Part shown: in pieces, positions 52,262 through 64,000 of the stretch
Position numbering within the stretch: the stretch's first letter is position 1
Layout of the letters: each line of letters starts with the position of its first letter
NCBI RefSeq assembly: GCF_001194135.2
Contig: NC_068984.1
Coordinates: 55,886,663-55,950,662, forward strand
Length of the DNA stretch: 64,000 nt
Origin: Octopus bimaculoides
Taxonomy: Eukaryota
Reading direction: 5' to 3'
Notes under the pieces: model-generated
Database searches by the model: none
What the model was told of the DNA's origin: nothing
Seen by the model: only the letters and a program-made list of their open reading frames with translations
Program-made: the position numbers and the translations under genes

Positions 52262-52760
52262 ACTTCCACAACTAATCCACTCCATAGACATTAAAACCCG
52301 CAAAATCCTAACATCAACGGGAAAGTTCTACAAAAACTATAGTGTCGTCAGGCTCTATCCAAGATGAAGGAAGAGGCTTGAGATCAGTGCAGACTGCCTG
52401 CAAATGTCGTATACATCCGAAGGTTACCTCCCAGACAGCACCTACTAAACAACACTAGCAAAAATAAATATATAAGCCTAGTGCTGAAAATTGAAGATAA
52501 CATCCTACATACCAGCAGTAAGCTTCCCAGGAAACACTCTCTTCTTGAAGACCTCCCATACAAACCCCAAAACATCTGGACTAAAATACCTCAAAGAAGA
52601 CCTTAATGTGAGACGCTCATCATACTGTAAAAAAGGTATGTATGGGTATGTTTCCCCAAGAATTGAAGAAGTCAGTAATATCGACATGAAGCGCAGTCTC
52701 TCTTGGACTTGTGACTGCTACATCAATCACATCATAACTCGAAGTTCAACATGTGACATT
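52262..52760 (+). mobile_element. R4/Dong-like non-LTR retrotransposon remnant (post-RT region)
   Basis: LIHSIDIKTRKILTSTGKFYKNYSVVRLY...GRGLRSVQTAC ... KKGMYGY...ID.K.SL.W resembles the D.KTRK.LT....H..SD.DRLY.PR..GGRGL motif of R4/Dong ORFs. Confidence 0.8.
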
Positions 52761-54429
52761 GTTTTATATTAGTTATCTACATTCCAACGATGATGCTTTG
52801 TATCTTTGTTAGAAACGAGCTCTTCCCTTACAGGAATACTTCAAATAATTAAAAGCAGAAGAGAACATATACGTACGTGCATAGGTAAGAAGGGTGGTAG
52901 GCCTGTTGAGTTGGTAAATGGGCTGTCCAAATGAAATATGAGTGTCCACTGCTACTTCCGTTCATTGGCTGAGAGAACACAGTTAAGAGTCAGCTGTGTT
53001 TCGTGAGAGAATCACAAGATATTCTCTCTCAAGTTATATTGATACAGTGCGAGATGCGATTAGTGTTGCCAAGTAGTCTGGAATTTGTGGAGACTCTAAT
53101 ACCAGTAAATATTACAGTGCCATGCAAATAGTTATTATTGATCACTACATTTTCATATTTATTTTATTCTGAATTTTTTTCTTAGACTTGACGAGAGGAA
53201 AGTGAAAGCGAGAGGGAGAAAGTGATTTTAATCTTCACCACATTCCATTACCAGAGTTTATGTCTCGTATGCCTTTTGTGTTGTGTTGTTTTGTTTTTTA
53301 TTGCTGTTTTTTAGCCAAACAAGCGACGTTTTACAATCAGCAGTTTTCACCCAGTAGGATATCATTTGTCATTGAAGAACCATTTCTTGTTAAAGCTTCT
53401 AAATAAATAAATTTGTTGAGGGAAAAATAAAAGTGATATTTTGACTGAGCACATGATCTTATAAGGAGTCATTGGCACCTATTTTATTGATCCAAAAGGT
53501 GATATGGAAATTATATGGAAATTATTTAGTGATATTTGATATCTGGATGCAATATTTAGCATGTTCAGCTGTTATTTCGATAGCTTCTTTGAAGGTTAAT
53601 GCATAGGGAATTGCTAGCTGCAACGATTCTGCTCTGGAAATCGAAGGCTTGAATTCCTAAGACTTACACTTACAGAGACATTTATTCAAACGCCCCGCTT
53701 TTTAATCTTGGCAAAGAACAGAGACTGTTACGTAGTGAGTCCAATAGATGTCGCATGGACGGTAATGTGCGCAAAAGTCCGCTTAAAGGATTGGCGTCGA
53801 ACAAATAAAAAAAATCAATTCTTCTCAGTTACAATATTTATAAATAAAAGTAATGAACAGTGTTTAGCGGGCATTCAAGCGTGGGGATTCACAAAATATT
53901 TGTATCTTTTCAGTAGTACGCATCTTTCATCCTAACCTATGTCTAGAATGTTTGAACATCTTGAATGCATGCTGATCTCATGGAATTCTAAGAGGGAAGA
54001 ATAGTTGTTTATTTACAATCAGATCTACTCTTCTGGTAGAAAACTTTCTCCTATACCATACGTGACATTAAAATACATATTTTATTGCATAAGCTATTTG
54101 CAACTTTGCTAAATTGAAATTCATGAGATGTAGCCCTCGTGTAGTAAGGATAGGTAGCATAACCGAAAGTTTCATGCTGAGTAGCAAAGTGAAGAGAGCT
54201 AACCGCCTTCCTTTGAAGGAGACAAATCGTTTAACATATTCCTGTTAACAACAATAAATCATACTTGATGATGTTCAAGTAACACATACTCATTAACATT
54301 CATGTACAACTTTTAATCAATTATATAAAACTTGATAAAACCGACGTTATTTCCCTCCTTCATTTAAAGGGGAAAGGGCTAGTGTGTGGGGGTGGTTGGC
54401 CTAGTGTGCATGTGTATATACAGCCTGTA

Positions 54430-54680
54430 TGTACAGATCATGGTTTCAATTCCTAGACTGAGTGGTGCGTTGTGTTCTTGAGCAAAACACTTCATCTCAC
54501 GTCGCTCTGCGATCACGTAGACACCTAACGCTTGGTATACTGTGCACTTTTTCAGACCATGTCGATTTGATGGAGAGAGGGCGAGCTAATGCGCAGTGCA
54601 TTTTGATCACTATAAACAAATTATTTGTGCGGGTCGTTCCGCAAAAACTGAACATTCATACGTCGTCTTCGATGGGAGAG
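54430..54680 (+). mobile_element. CORE-like SINE with an A-type body but a different tail
   Basis: GGTTTCAATTCC...GCGTTGTGTTCTTGAGCAAAACACTTCATCTCACGT matches family A; downstream sequence does not. Confidence 0.65.
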
Positions 54681-54702
54681 GCCATCACATATATATACAT
54701 AT

Positions 54703-54739
<37 letters not shown>

Positions 54740-54741
<2 letters not shown>

Positions 54742-54955
54742 CTCTTTTTACTCTTTTACTTGTTTCAGTCATTTGACTACAGCCATGCTGGAGCACCGCC
54801 TTTAGTCGAACAAATCGACCTCAGGACTTATTCTTTGGAAGCCTAGTACTTATTCTATCGGTCTCTTTTGCCGAACCGCTAAGTTACGGGGACGTAAACA
54901 CAACATCATCGGTTATCAAGCGATGTTGGGGACAAGCAGACACACAAACATATAT

Positions 54956-55000
<45 letters not shown>

Positions 55001-55140
55001 TACGACAGGCTTCTTTCAGTTTCCGTCTACCAAATCCACTCACAAGGCTTTGATCAGCCCGAGACTATAGTAGAAGACACTTGCCCAAGGTGCCACACAG
55101 TGGGACTGAACCCGGAACCATGTGGTTGTTAAGCAAGCTG
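54740..55140 (-). mobile_element. SINE family C, near full length
   Basis: TACTCTTTTACTTGTTTCAGTC...CGACAGGCTTCTTTCAGTTTCCGTCTACCAAATCC...GGGACTGAACCCGGAACCATGTGG. Confidence 0.95.
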
Positions 55141-55794
55141 ACACACACACATATATGTATGTATGTATAGAGACCGTAGCTGTTTATGCATTTATAAAGT
55201 ATTATGATTATATAAACATATACAAGAACTCGCGCGCGCACACACACACACACACAGACACACGCACGCACACACACACAGGTACACGCTCACGCACTCA
55301 GAGACACACTCACACACACGCAATGTCGAAGCAAGAACAGCGTATCTCATACTAATAAATGATAGGCAGATGCAGTGAAGCTGGTTTGCAATGACAGCTG
55401 CAACTACTGAAACACAAGTAAAAGCATTACTTCGACAACCACTATCCCAGCAAATATTTGATTTATGTATTGTAAGAATGCTAATGAAAATGCTACTAAG
55501 ATGCTGAAGTGAAATAAATGTGAGAGGAGGTGGGCAAAAAGTACTTATAAGTCAACTGCGAAACATGACAGCTGATGAAAACGATATTGTTTTAAAAGAG
55601 TGATTGTTGTTGCTATTAATGATGGTGCTTCAATTGTACTGTTGCTGTTGTTGTTGTTGTTGTTGTTGGTGGTGGTGGTGTAATTGTTAATTTCTATGTT
55701 CTTATTGCTGCTATATTTGTTTTTACTCTATCAACTGCTTCTGCGGTTTGCTTTTTTTTTGTTTTTGCTTTTGTTCTTTTTAATGATTCTCTTC

Positions 55795-55950
55795 GTGTAG
55801 CTGCGTGGTAAGAAGTTTGATTCCCAAACCACATGGTTCTGGGTTCAGCCCCACTGTGTGGCACCTTGGGCAAGTGTCTTCTTCTATAGCCTCAGCGTGA
55901 CAAAAGTCTTGTGAGTGGATTTGGTAGACGGAAACTAAAAGAAGATCATC

Positions 55951-55988
<38 letters not shown>

Positions 55989-56465
55989 CAATAAAAAAAT
56001 GGATTGGAATGTGAGGTACTCATCAACTTGCAGACACTGTACTCTGTTGATTAATCCGTTTATTTTACAACCAAAAGGACAATAAAGACAATATACAAAC
56101 ATTTATGACGTACTATGTCACACCAACAATTAAAATTTCAAATTTAAAGGACATCTAGCATATATNNNNNNNNNNNNNNNNNNNNNNNNNNNNNNNNNNN
56201 NNNNNNNNNNNNNNNNNNNNNNNNNNNNNNNNNNNNNNNNNTGTGTGTGTGTGTGTGTGTGTGTGTGTACCCCCGCCATCACTTGACTACCGATGCTTGT
56301 GTGTTTATGTCTTCCGCAGCTTAGCGGCTCGGTAAAAGATACCGATAGAATAAGTACCAGTCTTACAAAAAATTAGGCCTGGGGTCGATTTCTTCGACTA
56401 AAACCCTTTAAAGCGGTGCTCCAGCATGGCTGCAGTCAAATGACTGAAACAATTGAAAGAATAAA
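55795..56465 (+). mobile_element. SINE family C: 5' half (55795-55952) and 3' half (~56265-56465) separated by (TA)n, unique DNA and a gap
   Basis: Head GCTGCGTGGTAAGAAG...GGGTTCAGCCCC; tail GACTGAAACAATTGAAAGA. Confidence 0.9.
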
Positions 56466-56899
56466 AGAATATTACTTGTTTTTGTTTCTGCTAGTGTTCT
56501 TGTGGTTGTCGTTGTGTTGCTCGTGCCATTGTATTATTTCTGCCTTTGTTATGTTTTTGTTTTCTTTTCTAGCATCTTTTTTTGGTTCCTTAGTGTTTTA
56601 TTCCTAACCTTTCCGTGTATTTTATTCTTCCTTCTGGTTTATTGTTTCAGAATTGAAATTTTTAATAAATATTTCCTCCCAACATTGTTTTTTCAAGACG
56701 TGTAAGCTTGAGAGAGATTTAACTGTTGATTTTTGCATAGTGGCAGTGTTTGTATTGGTGATGGTGGTTGATTGGTCGTGTGGGTGAAGACAGTGTTGCT
56801 GGTCTGTTGAGAATGATAAAAATGATTTATGGAAACTTAGATTTAGATACATTTAGAGTTGATAAAATTGTAATTGATTTATGGTGCTTTTGTTATTTA

Positions 56900-56941
56900 G
56901 TTGTTAGTGGTGGTGGTGATAATGGTGGTGATGGCAGTGAC

Positions 56942-56993
<52 letters not shown>

Positions 56994-57015
56994 ATTATGA
57001 TGATGATGAGGATGA
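56900..57015. repeat. (GGT)(GCT)(GAT) trinucleotide tract
   Basis: Direct; source of the poly-A/poly-D ORF 56768..57019. Confidence 0.92.
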
Positions 57016-57663
57016 TTAGCTGTAATCTTGATCAAGCAGATCTCTGCTCAAGGCGACTAAACAGAAGATACCCAGCCTTGAGTGACTAGTTGTTATTTAT
57101 GTACACATACACACGCGCGCACAACACACACACACACAATACCTGCACACACGCATACACACACACGCATACACACACATGCATACACAAGCATGCATAC
57201 ACAACACACACACGTGTGTGTGTATATGACAACATTGTCCAATGGACCTTTTTTATTTTAAGATTTTAAGAGAGTTTAAGACGGTAAGGCGAAATTTAAT
57301 AGACTTTGGCTACTATTCTAATGGCTTCCGCGTTGGCTCGTTAACTTTTCTCTAATGTAGCATGCAATTAGTAAGGAAATTCCCCTTTTTGCCTCCTCTA
57401 TATACCTCTTCTACCAGCACTGTAATAGCTTCTGTTTCTCTGGGCTGATGGGCTCATCATAGCTAAGGCATTCCCAGCCCATTGGTTTCTCCTCTTCTCA
57501 TCACCTGTCTTATATTTAATCCTCCAGTACCCACACTAATCACTACGCCCATTCGATCCTTATCAGACGTCAATCTTCTGGATTTCCCTTCCTTCTCATA
57601 TCTTTCTGCGTTCTCCCTGCATATCTTCCTGCTCATATCTTACTTGCAAAGTTTCGTGACGAT

Positions 57664-57857
57664 CATTAATGGCATCAATCTCACTGATAGAGCTATTTGC
57701 AACGAAGAACATTAATGGTGTCAATCTCACTCGTTTGAGAGACTCATAGGCTGTGAGAAACATTAATTACATTAATTTCACTAGTTTGGGAGAGCTATAG
57801 GCAATGCGAAACATTAATGACATCAATCTCACTGGTTTGAGAGAGCCATAGATAGTG
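57664..57857. repeat. Degenerate 51-bp minisatellite, 4 units
   Basis: CATTAAT anchors at 57664, 57710, 57761, 57812; unit ~ACATTAATGACATCAATCTCACTGGTTTGAGAGAGCTATAGGCAATGCGAA. Confidence 0.9.
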
Positions 57858-59109
57858 TCCAAACAAAAAAAATATATACTTTAGTGTTCTTTTTTCCTTG
57901 GAATCATTTCTTTTAATAGAATTTACTTTTCAGTAAGTTTGAGTGAACAGTGTTCAATGAAAATGCCGTAAAAGCTTCGTTCAAGGAAGCAATGACCATT
58001 GTAATAACAAGAGATACAGAAAACTTACACTTCAAAGTGTTGACAGTGAAACTTATAAAGAGTGAATTGTTAGTTGTTATCGTTTAGTTTAAACGGTGTC
58101 AAAAATATCAAACTTTAGGGCAATTTACCGTAAATACTCTTATTCGTGATGTAACTTCGATGTGATTGAAATTTTTGTTTGCCTCTTGAGAACAATGTCT
58201 AAATTAATAAATAGGTCGAAACTACTGGATTTCCTTGTTAACGACGCGGGTTAGGAAGATGTGTTGATTCATTCATCTCCTTGCATTAGCTATGATTTGT
58301 ATGGTTTCTGTAGCTATTCTGACAGCTGTCATCGTCGCTAAACCTACCAGCGTGTATTCTGTTCCATAATGATACCACTACTGGTGTTTTACCTTATTGA
58401 AACTTTTAACTGCCCAATTATACTTTATTCCATTCTAATAATTCTTATTAATCATTCTCTACATTAAACGGTGGTTTGACAGCCTGCAACTTCCCCATTC
58501 ATTCAAATATTATGTGGTGGTTGCATCAGGTAAGGAAAACAGGAAGAAATTCAATATGTTAATTTCGTTTCGTCCGCATCATACACTATTCTCGAACTCT
58601 ACGTGTGTGTTCTATAGACTTTACACGTAAGTGCACATACGACATTAGTTCTAACATTGATTAGGTTATGCATCTAACCGATGTATAAATTTCTTCAACG
58701 AAGCACTATTTAGCTTCTTATATTGCCTCTTCTTTATCGCTTCAATTCACCTTCTCCGGATCAAGTGCGTATCGTTAAGAACTTCCGAAAGAATTTGGAA
58801 TTAATGTTCCACCACTTCACACTGAGTGACTTTCTCTGCATTTCAATAACTGACCAACTGTTGCTTTTCAGCTGGTGGTGTTTGTCTAAACAGTAACACC
58901 CTTTTATAATTGATCAACTGCTGTTTCGTATTAGACTTAGTGGAACCAGTCTTATCTTTGCTATGGCAACTGAAGATTTTCGTTGGAACAAATTTGTTAG
59001 CACCAATTGCCTCGATTTTACATTTATATAATTGTATCAAATATAGAATAATGCGATAGTTTGTATACTACATGATAGAAGTAATCTAATACACACACGC
59101 ACATACATT

Positions 59110-59231
<122 letters not shown>

Positions 59232-59479
59232 TTGCAAATTTTACAATCTCAATGGAGTCTATCGCCTTATCGTGGACAATCATAAAGACGGAAATTTCCA
59301 AATTGTCTCAATAACCTCTCATGAGTTTTTAAAACATAATTTAATTGTAAATGTGTATTTATGTGCTTGTATGTATAAATTTTAATGTGTATATGTGTAG
59401 TATACTCCTAAAAAAGATGGGCTGATCTGTTTGAGCAACATTTCTAATGTGACAATTATTTAACGTTTTCTGATTTGAA

Positions 59480-59585
59480 CAACCTGTTTTGAGGGCAGGG
59501 AATTAGTCGATATCATCGGCCCCGGTTCTTGACTAGTACGTTATGGTATCGACCCCTAAAGAATAAAAACCAACGTTGACCTTAG
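59480..59585 (-). mobile_element. SINE family D, degenerate
   Basis: TTAGTCGATATCATCGGCCCC...GTATCGACCCCTAAAGAATAAAA..CAACGTTGACCT. Confidence 0.65.
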
Positions 59586-59862
59586 AAGAACCTTGCTACA
59601 GCCATGCAAAAGAAAATGACTATACCTGGTTTCAATGCATTTAAAGAGTGTAACTTTTTTAAAGAAAAATGTGTCTAAAATTATAACTCCACTTCTTACA
59701 TATTACCGTGGCCTGCGAGCCACAACCGCAACAAAAAATCATGGATAACTAAACGAGTCTTTGAAGATTGGTTCTTGAACAGCTTTGTTCACCAGCTAAA
59801 GGAATATTGAAATAAGAAGAAAATTACATTCAAAATGTTTAATTTTAGATAATCTCATAGCA
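59586..59862 (+). pseudogene. Tigger/pogo (DDE_1) transposase remnant
   Basis: IPGFNAFKE ... KKSWITKRVFEDWFLNSFVHQLKEY*NKKKITFK(C)LILDN matches the Tigger motifs PGFK..K.R and KAWMT...F.DWF...F........LL.LDN. Confidence 0.85.
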
Positions 59863-60359
59863 ACCAATTCGTGTTACTGAACGGTTTCATGTTGAAGAAC
59901 CCTCCGTGTCTAAAAGGATGGACTGTGCCTGTAATTTAAAGATTCAATCGTATCATTTTACATCATGCTAATTGAGATACTGTGTCTGTGGAATGTTAGG
60001 CTACTTACATGCTAATTTAGTGAGGTCAGTTTGATCGAACGAATGGTTGCTGAAACCAGCGGAGATCCATTAATACGTACGTGTGAGTGTATATATGTAT
60101 GTGTGTATGTATGTATGTATGTACGTACGTACATGCGTATTACACACAGATCTTAAGTTGAGAATCTCGTCAAAGTATAAAAATACATTAAAATAGTCTC
60201 CAGAAAACGTAATGCGCAACTGTGAGAAAATATATTTTTGTTCATTCGAACGGCAATAACTAAACTGAAATATTATGGGATAGATTTGGGTTTTAGGAAA
60301 ATAAATTGACAGTTTTATTAGTTTTATGAAAGGAAATATTCTATGATGAAGAAGGAAAT

Positions 60360-60410
<51 letters not shown>

Positions 60411-60914
60411 TTGATTTCTTTTTCATAGACAATTATCTATTTAATGTGGTGAGCTTCTTTACTAAATAAAAATGTTGCCAAGATGGCGGAAACAATAATT
60501 TGTATATCTTATTCCATGTAGTATAATGCCCACAACGCTTCTTGGTACAGAATTTCAGAAAAAGAGGTTTTAAATGTAGTTAAGTATTTAATGTTTAAGT
60601 ATTTAATGTTTATTGAGATGTAGAGCAGAAAAATTATGATCATTTATACTTTTAATGTAATATACACGTAGCAATAATAACGGTAACAGGTGAGTAACTA
60701 ATGATATAATAATGTTTAACATAGCTCTAAGTGCAGACGTTTTGAGGGTAAGTAAAGTCGATTAAATTGAATTCAGTTCTAACGCTAGTGACCATTAAAA
60801 GGTTGGAAAGTAAAGTCAACCTTGATGAGCTCTATTCTTCTTGTCTGCTATTTTATTGCTATTCACATCAAGGATATTTTATAAGAATATTAAAACTGAC
60901 ACTAGTAATTGACT

Positions 60915-61030
60915 AGTACTTTATTTTATCGTCTTCAGAAGAGTTAAAGGCAAAATTTACCTCAGCAGGATTTGAATTCAGCCATTTTATCCTAAACTGT
61001 AAGGAATCTACCAGTCCACGGCACCGGGAT
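60915..61030 (-). mobile_element. SINE family D, degenerate (another fragment at ~60740-60825)
   Basis: GTACTTTATTTTATCGTC...AAAGGCAAAATTTACCTCAGCAGGATTTGAATTCAG. Confidence 0.7.
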
Positions 61031-63431
61031 GATAAAAAAAAATATGATAGAAATCGATGAGATAGAAATATAAATAAAATAAACAAATAAGTCCTTCCTC
61101 GATGAATGAGAAAAATATTTGTGTTATTTTCCATTAAGGATCAGGACAGAGCAAAAGAGGTGGGATGTAGTAGTTGTTTACGTGTACATGTAAGAGAGAG
61201 AAGCACTTGGAGAGAGAGAAAGAGAAGTGATGGAAGAGAAAGCATAAGAAGCATTTGTAATATATATGTTAGTCAGTGTCTTCGAAAGGCTTCAAATTTG
61301 CATGAGAATACTCATGGCTACACTTTATTTAGAAAGAATAAAGTTTGTCTTGTATTCCTTGAAATACAATGCATGCAATTTTCTATGACCGACATTTTAA
61401 CAGTAGTTTTAATCTGTACAAAACAGTATTATCATTTCTTTTCTGTAGCAAGTTCTTAAAACTTACGAAACACATGTGTTTAAATACTTCTGAGCATCAA
61501 AGTTAATCTTATAAGAATCAATGATTTACTTACAAATAGTCCACTTAATAACAAGTTATGGAGACATAATTATATCAAACTACATAGTATTTATCAAGGA
61601 AATGTATACAAATAACAGAAGTTCGATAAATTGGAATTTTTCATCAAACGACAGAAAGAAATATTTTGACACGTTGAGGATTTCATATCATTGTTATTTT
61701 TGCTTTACTTTTTAATTCAAAAGAAAAGAAAATATATTTAACATTATATTGCAAAATGCACGTTACGAGAAGTAATATCTATTCTTATTTGTTATCGTTT
61801 GGCAACTTAAGACCAGCTTATTAATGCTGTACTTAAAGAAGATTGATAACTTTCATGCGGCGATCAAATTGATGTCCATCATATCAATCTTTTCACTTAA
61901 ACAAAATAGACCAGTATACAGAAAATATAATAAGCTTATACGAAAAGTATCTAGAGAATAATGGGTGAGAATATGAGAAGGTAACCCCTTACAAACAGTA
62001 ATGCTTTATTGAATTTTGAAGAGAAATGAGGAGTTTTAGAGGAAACTAATGACGTACAATTGTATTCAATTCCAAATGACTATTCATGTATGTGACAATA
62101 TTAAAGTCAATATCTCACCAAATCGTCCTTTTAATGGGGCAAATCCAAGCTTAGGAATGTGGTCGGGTATAAACAATCGCTCATTCAAATTCGACAGAAG
62201 AAAATTGTATCTAAAGATAATTTTCAGGTATACTTGGTGACAAGTTTTCAATTACTAACTACTTTATTTCAATAAATTTCGCCATTAACGGCGTTACATA
62301 GAGGGGACAGACAAAGACAGACAAACATGAAGTAGCTTCGGGCTGGACATGGACATTAATGAGATGAGGGTGATAAGAATGAAACAAATAATGAGAGAGG
62401 CACCAGCGCCCGCCGACTGATAACCCCTCGAAAACATGTTAACCATTTTCTGTTTGTGACGTGTTTAATTTGTGATCGAGTGTTACCTACCAGCCATGAT
62501 AATCAGCCTTGTAATTAGTGTCATGTACTACACTCAGTGGATGATCGAGAAAGTTGCTGAATCTTCCCTGAAGCTGAGCAGTGAAGTGACTTTCCAAATA
62601 TTCTCCAGATCCATGAAAATACTTGAAATTAGTACAGTAAGCTAACGAGACAGTCATTAATTATGCACTACATACACGTACGTAGATTAAAACAATAGGA
62701 GTAATGTCTTAGCCGATTAACTAACAATGGTGGGATCGAACTGGAGACACTGTGATCACTGTTTAAAGATTTGGTAAATATCTCTTTATAATGTCTATTT
62801 ACATGAAAGTGAACTAAATCACTGAAATTTAAATGTCATGATAAAAATAAATCGTTGATAAAGGAAGGTGGAACATATACCATTCGAATAGTAGATATTT
62901 TACTTCATTGATTTCCACTGCAGTGAAACACAATTTATCATAGATTCATATTTATTCGAATACATGCACGTACATATACACACACACGTATGTTTATGTA
63001 AAACAGATGTATGCGTGTATGTTGGCATGCAGCTCTGTGTATTTCCATAGATGCTTTTTACATATTTAGGAACTTTTGTGTGAATAACTATGCAGTTATA
63101 TACATACTTTTGTAGCATAGAAAATATCCATTTGTGACGTAAGATGTGTATGTACGGGGGTGTGCATATATATGTATGTATATATATATATATATATNNN
63201 NNNNNNNNNNNNNNNNNNNNNNNNNNNNNNNNNNNNNNNNNNNNNNNNNNNNNNNNNNNNNNNNNNNNNNNNNNNNNNNNNNNNNNNNNNNNNNNNNNNN
63301 NNNNNNNNNNNNNNNNNNNNNNNNNNNNNNNNNNNNNNNNNNNNNNNNNNNNNNNNNNNNNNNNNNNNNNNNNNATACATACATACATACATACATACAT
63401 ACATACATACATACATACATACATACAAACA

Positions 63432-64000
63432 CACGGTGCGGAGAATAAACTGTCGTCTATATTACGCAAAAATGAAAATAACACTGACATCTTATTTTAA
63501 CAGATATATTCACTAAAATTGCATAAAAATGTCTTAAAATACTAAACAGTAAATTTATTCAATAAAATCGCCATTCGCGTCTACCACGGTCTGCAAACGA
63601 CTTCAGAATCTCCTGCCACTCTTCTGGGTAGTCTCCTTGTTTAAGTTGGTGACTGCTACCATAACCCTTGATTTCAGTTCGTCTTTGGTGTTACAAGGAG
63701 TTTTGCTGGTTTCTTGCTCAACTGTGCCCCACACATAATAAATAATCAAAGGGGTTACAGTCTGGAGAGTTAGGTGGCCAGATGTTAGGAGTGATGTGGT
63801 CGTAGAAATTGTCTGCCAGCCATGACTGGGTACTTCTGCTTCTGTGGCATGGTGGAGAGTCTTGTTGCCAGACATAAGGTCTTCCAGTAGCTCCCCCACT
63901 TGATCCAGGGCAGCACTACCTCCTCCAGACACTTGATGTAAGCCTCTGAGTCTGAGGCCGTGTGGGAAGATGAATAACGTCGCCATCACCAGTGATCACT
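63432..64000 (-). mobile_element. Tc1/mariner DD37D (maT) transposon, 3' end with TIR; continues beyond the window
   Basis: EAYIKCLEEVVLPWI..GRPYVWQQDSPPCH...WPPNSPDCNPFDY; exactly 37 codons between the D at 63859-61 and the D at 63745-47; frameshifts; stop at 63555-57; terminal CACGGTGCGGAGAATAAAC at 63432. Confidence 0.93.

Noticed and set aside
57664-57857. CRISPR-like array
   Set aside because: Repeats are contiguous and degenerate with no unique spacers, there are no cas genes, and the context is eukaryotic.
60478-60489. YY1-like CCAAGATGGCGG motif
   Set aside because: A single motif with no CpG island, and the ATG opens only a 12-codon frame.

Overview
Eukaryotic, AT-rich, repeat-dominated genomic DNA from a draft assembly. 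It has 17 N-gaps totalling about 5.1 kb, most of them abutting microsatellites. The mix of tRNA-derived SINE families and dense (TA)n/(GT)n/(GA)n/(GATA)n/(CATA)n microsatellites resembles octopod cephalopod DNA, possibly Octopus bimaculoides (inference from recall, not a search). I could not assemble any host protein-coding gene: most long ORFs in the supplied track are microsatellite or N artefacts, so the window looks intronic or intergenic. The recognisable coding remnants are all transposon-derived: (1) a 656-bp TIR-bounded mini DNA transposon at 28961-29616 encoding a SAP domain and the start of a SWIM finger (ISL2EU-like by inference); (2) decayed mariner, DD37D maT and Tigger/pogo transposases; (3) RTE and R4/Dong-like LINE fragments. 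About 30 SINE or SINE-like copies fall into at least six families, labelled A-D, F and G here as working names only. The most notable structures are the SAP-SWIM mini-transposon, a 69-bp-arm fold-back hairpin made from a SINE tail (33736-33880), a SINE insertion whose 20-bp TSD carries an extra partial target copy, module sharing between SINE families, and a SINE family with an internal expanding microsatellite. No CRISPR, rRNA or genuine tRNA gene was seen.
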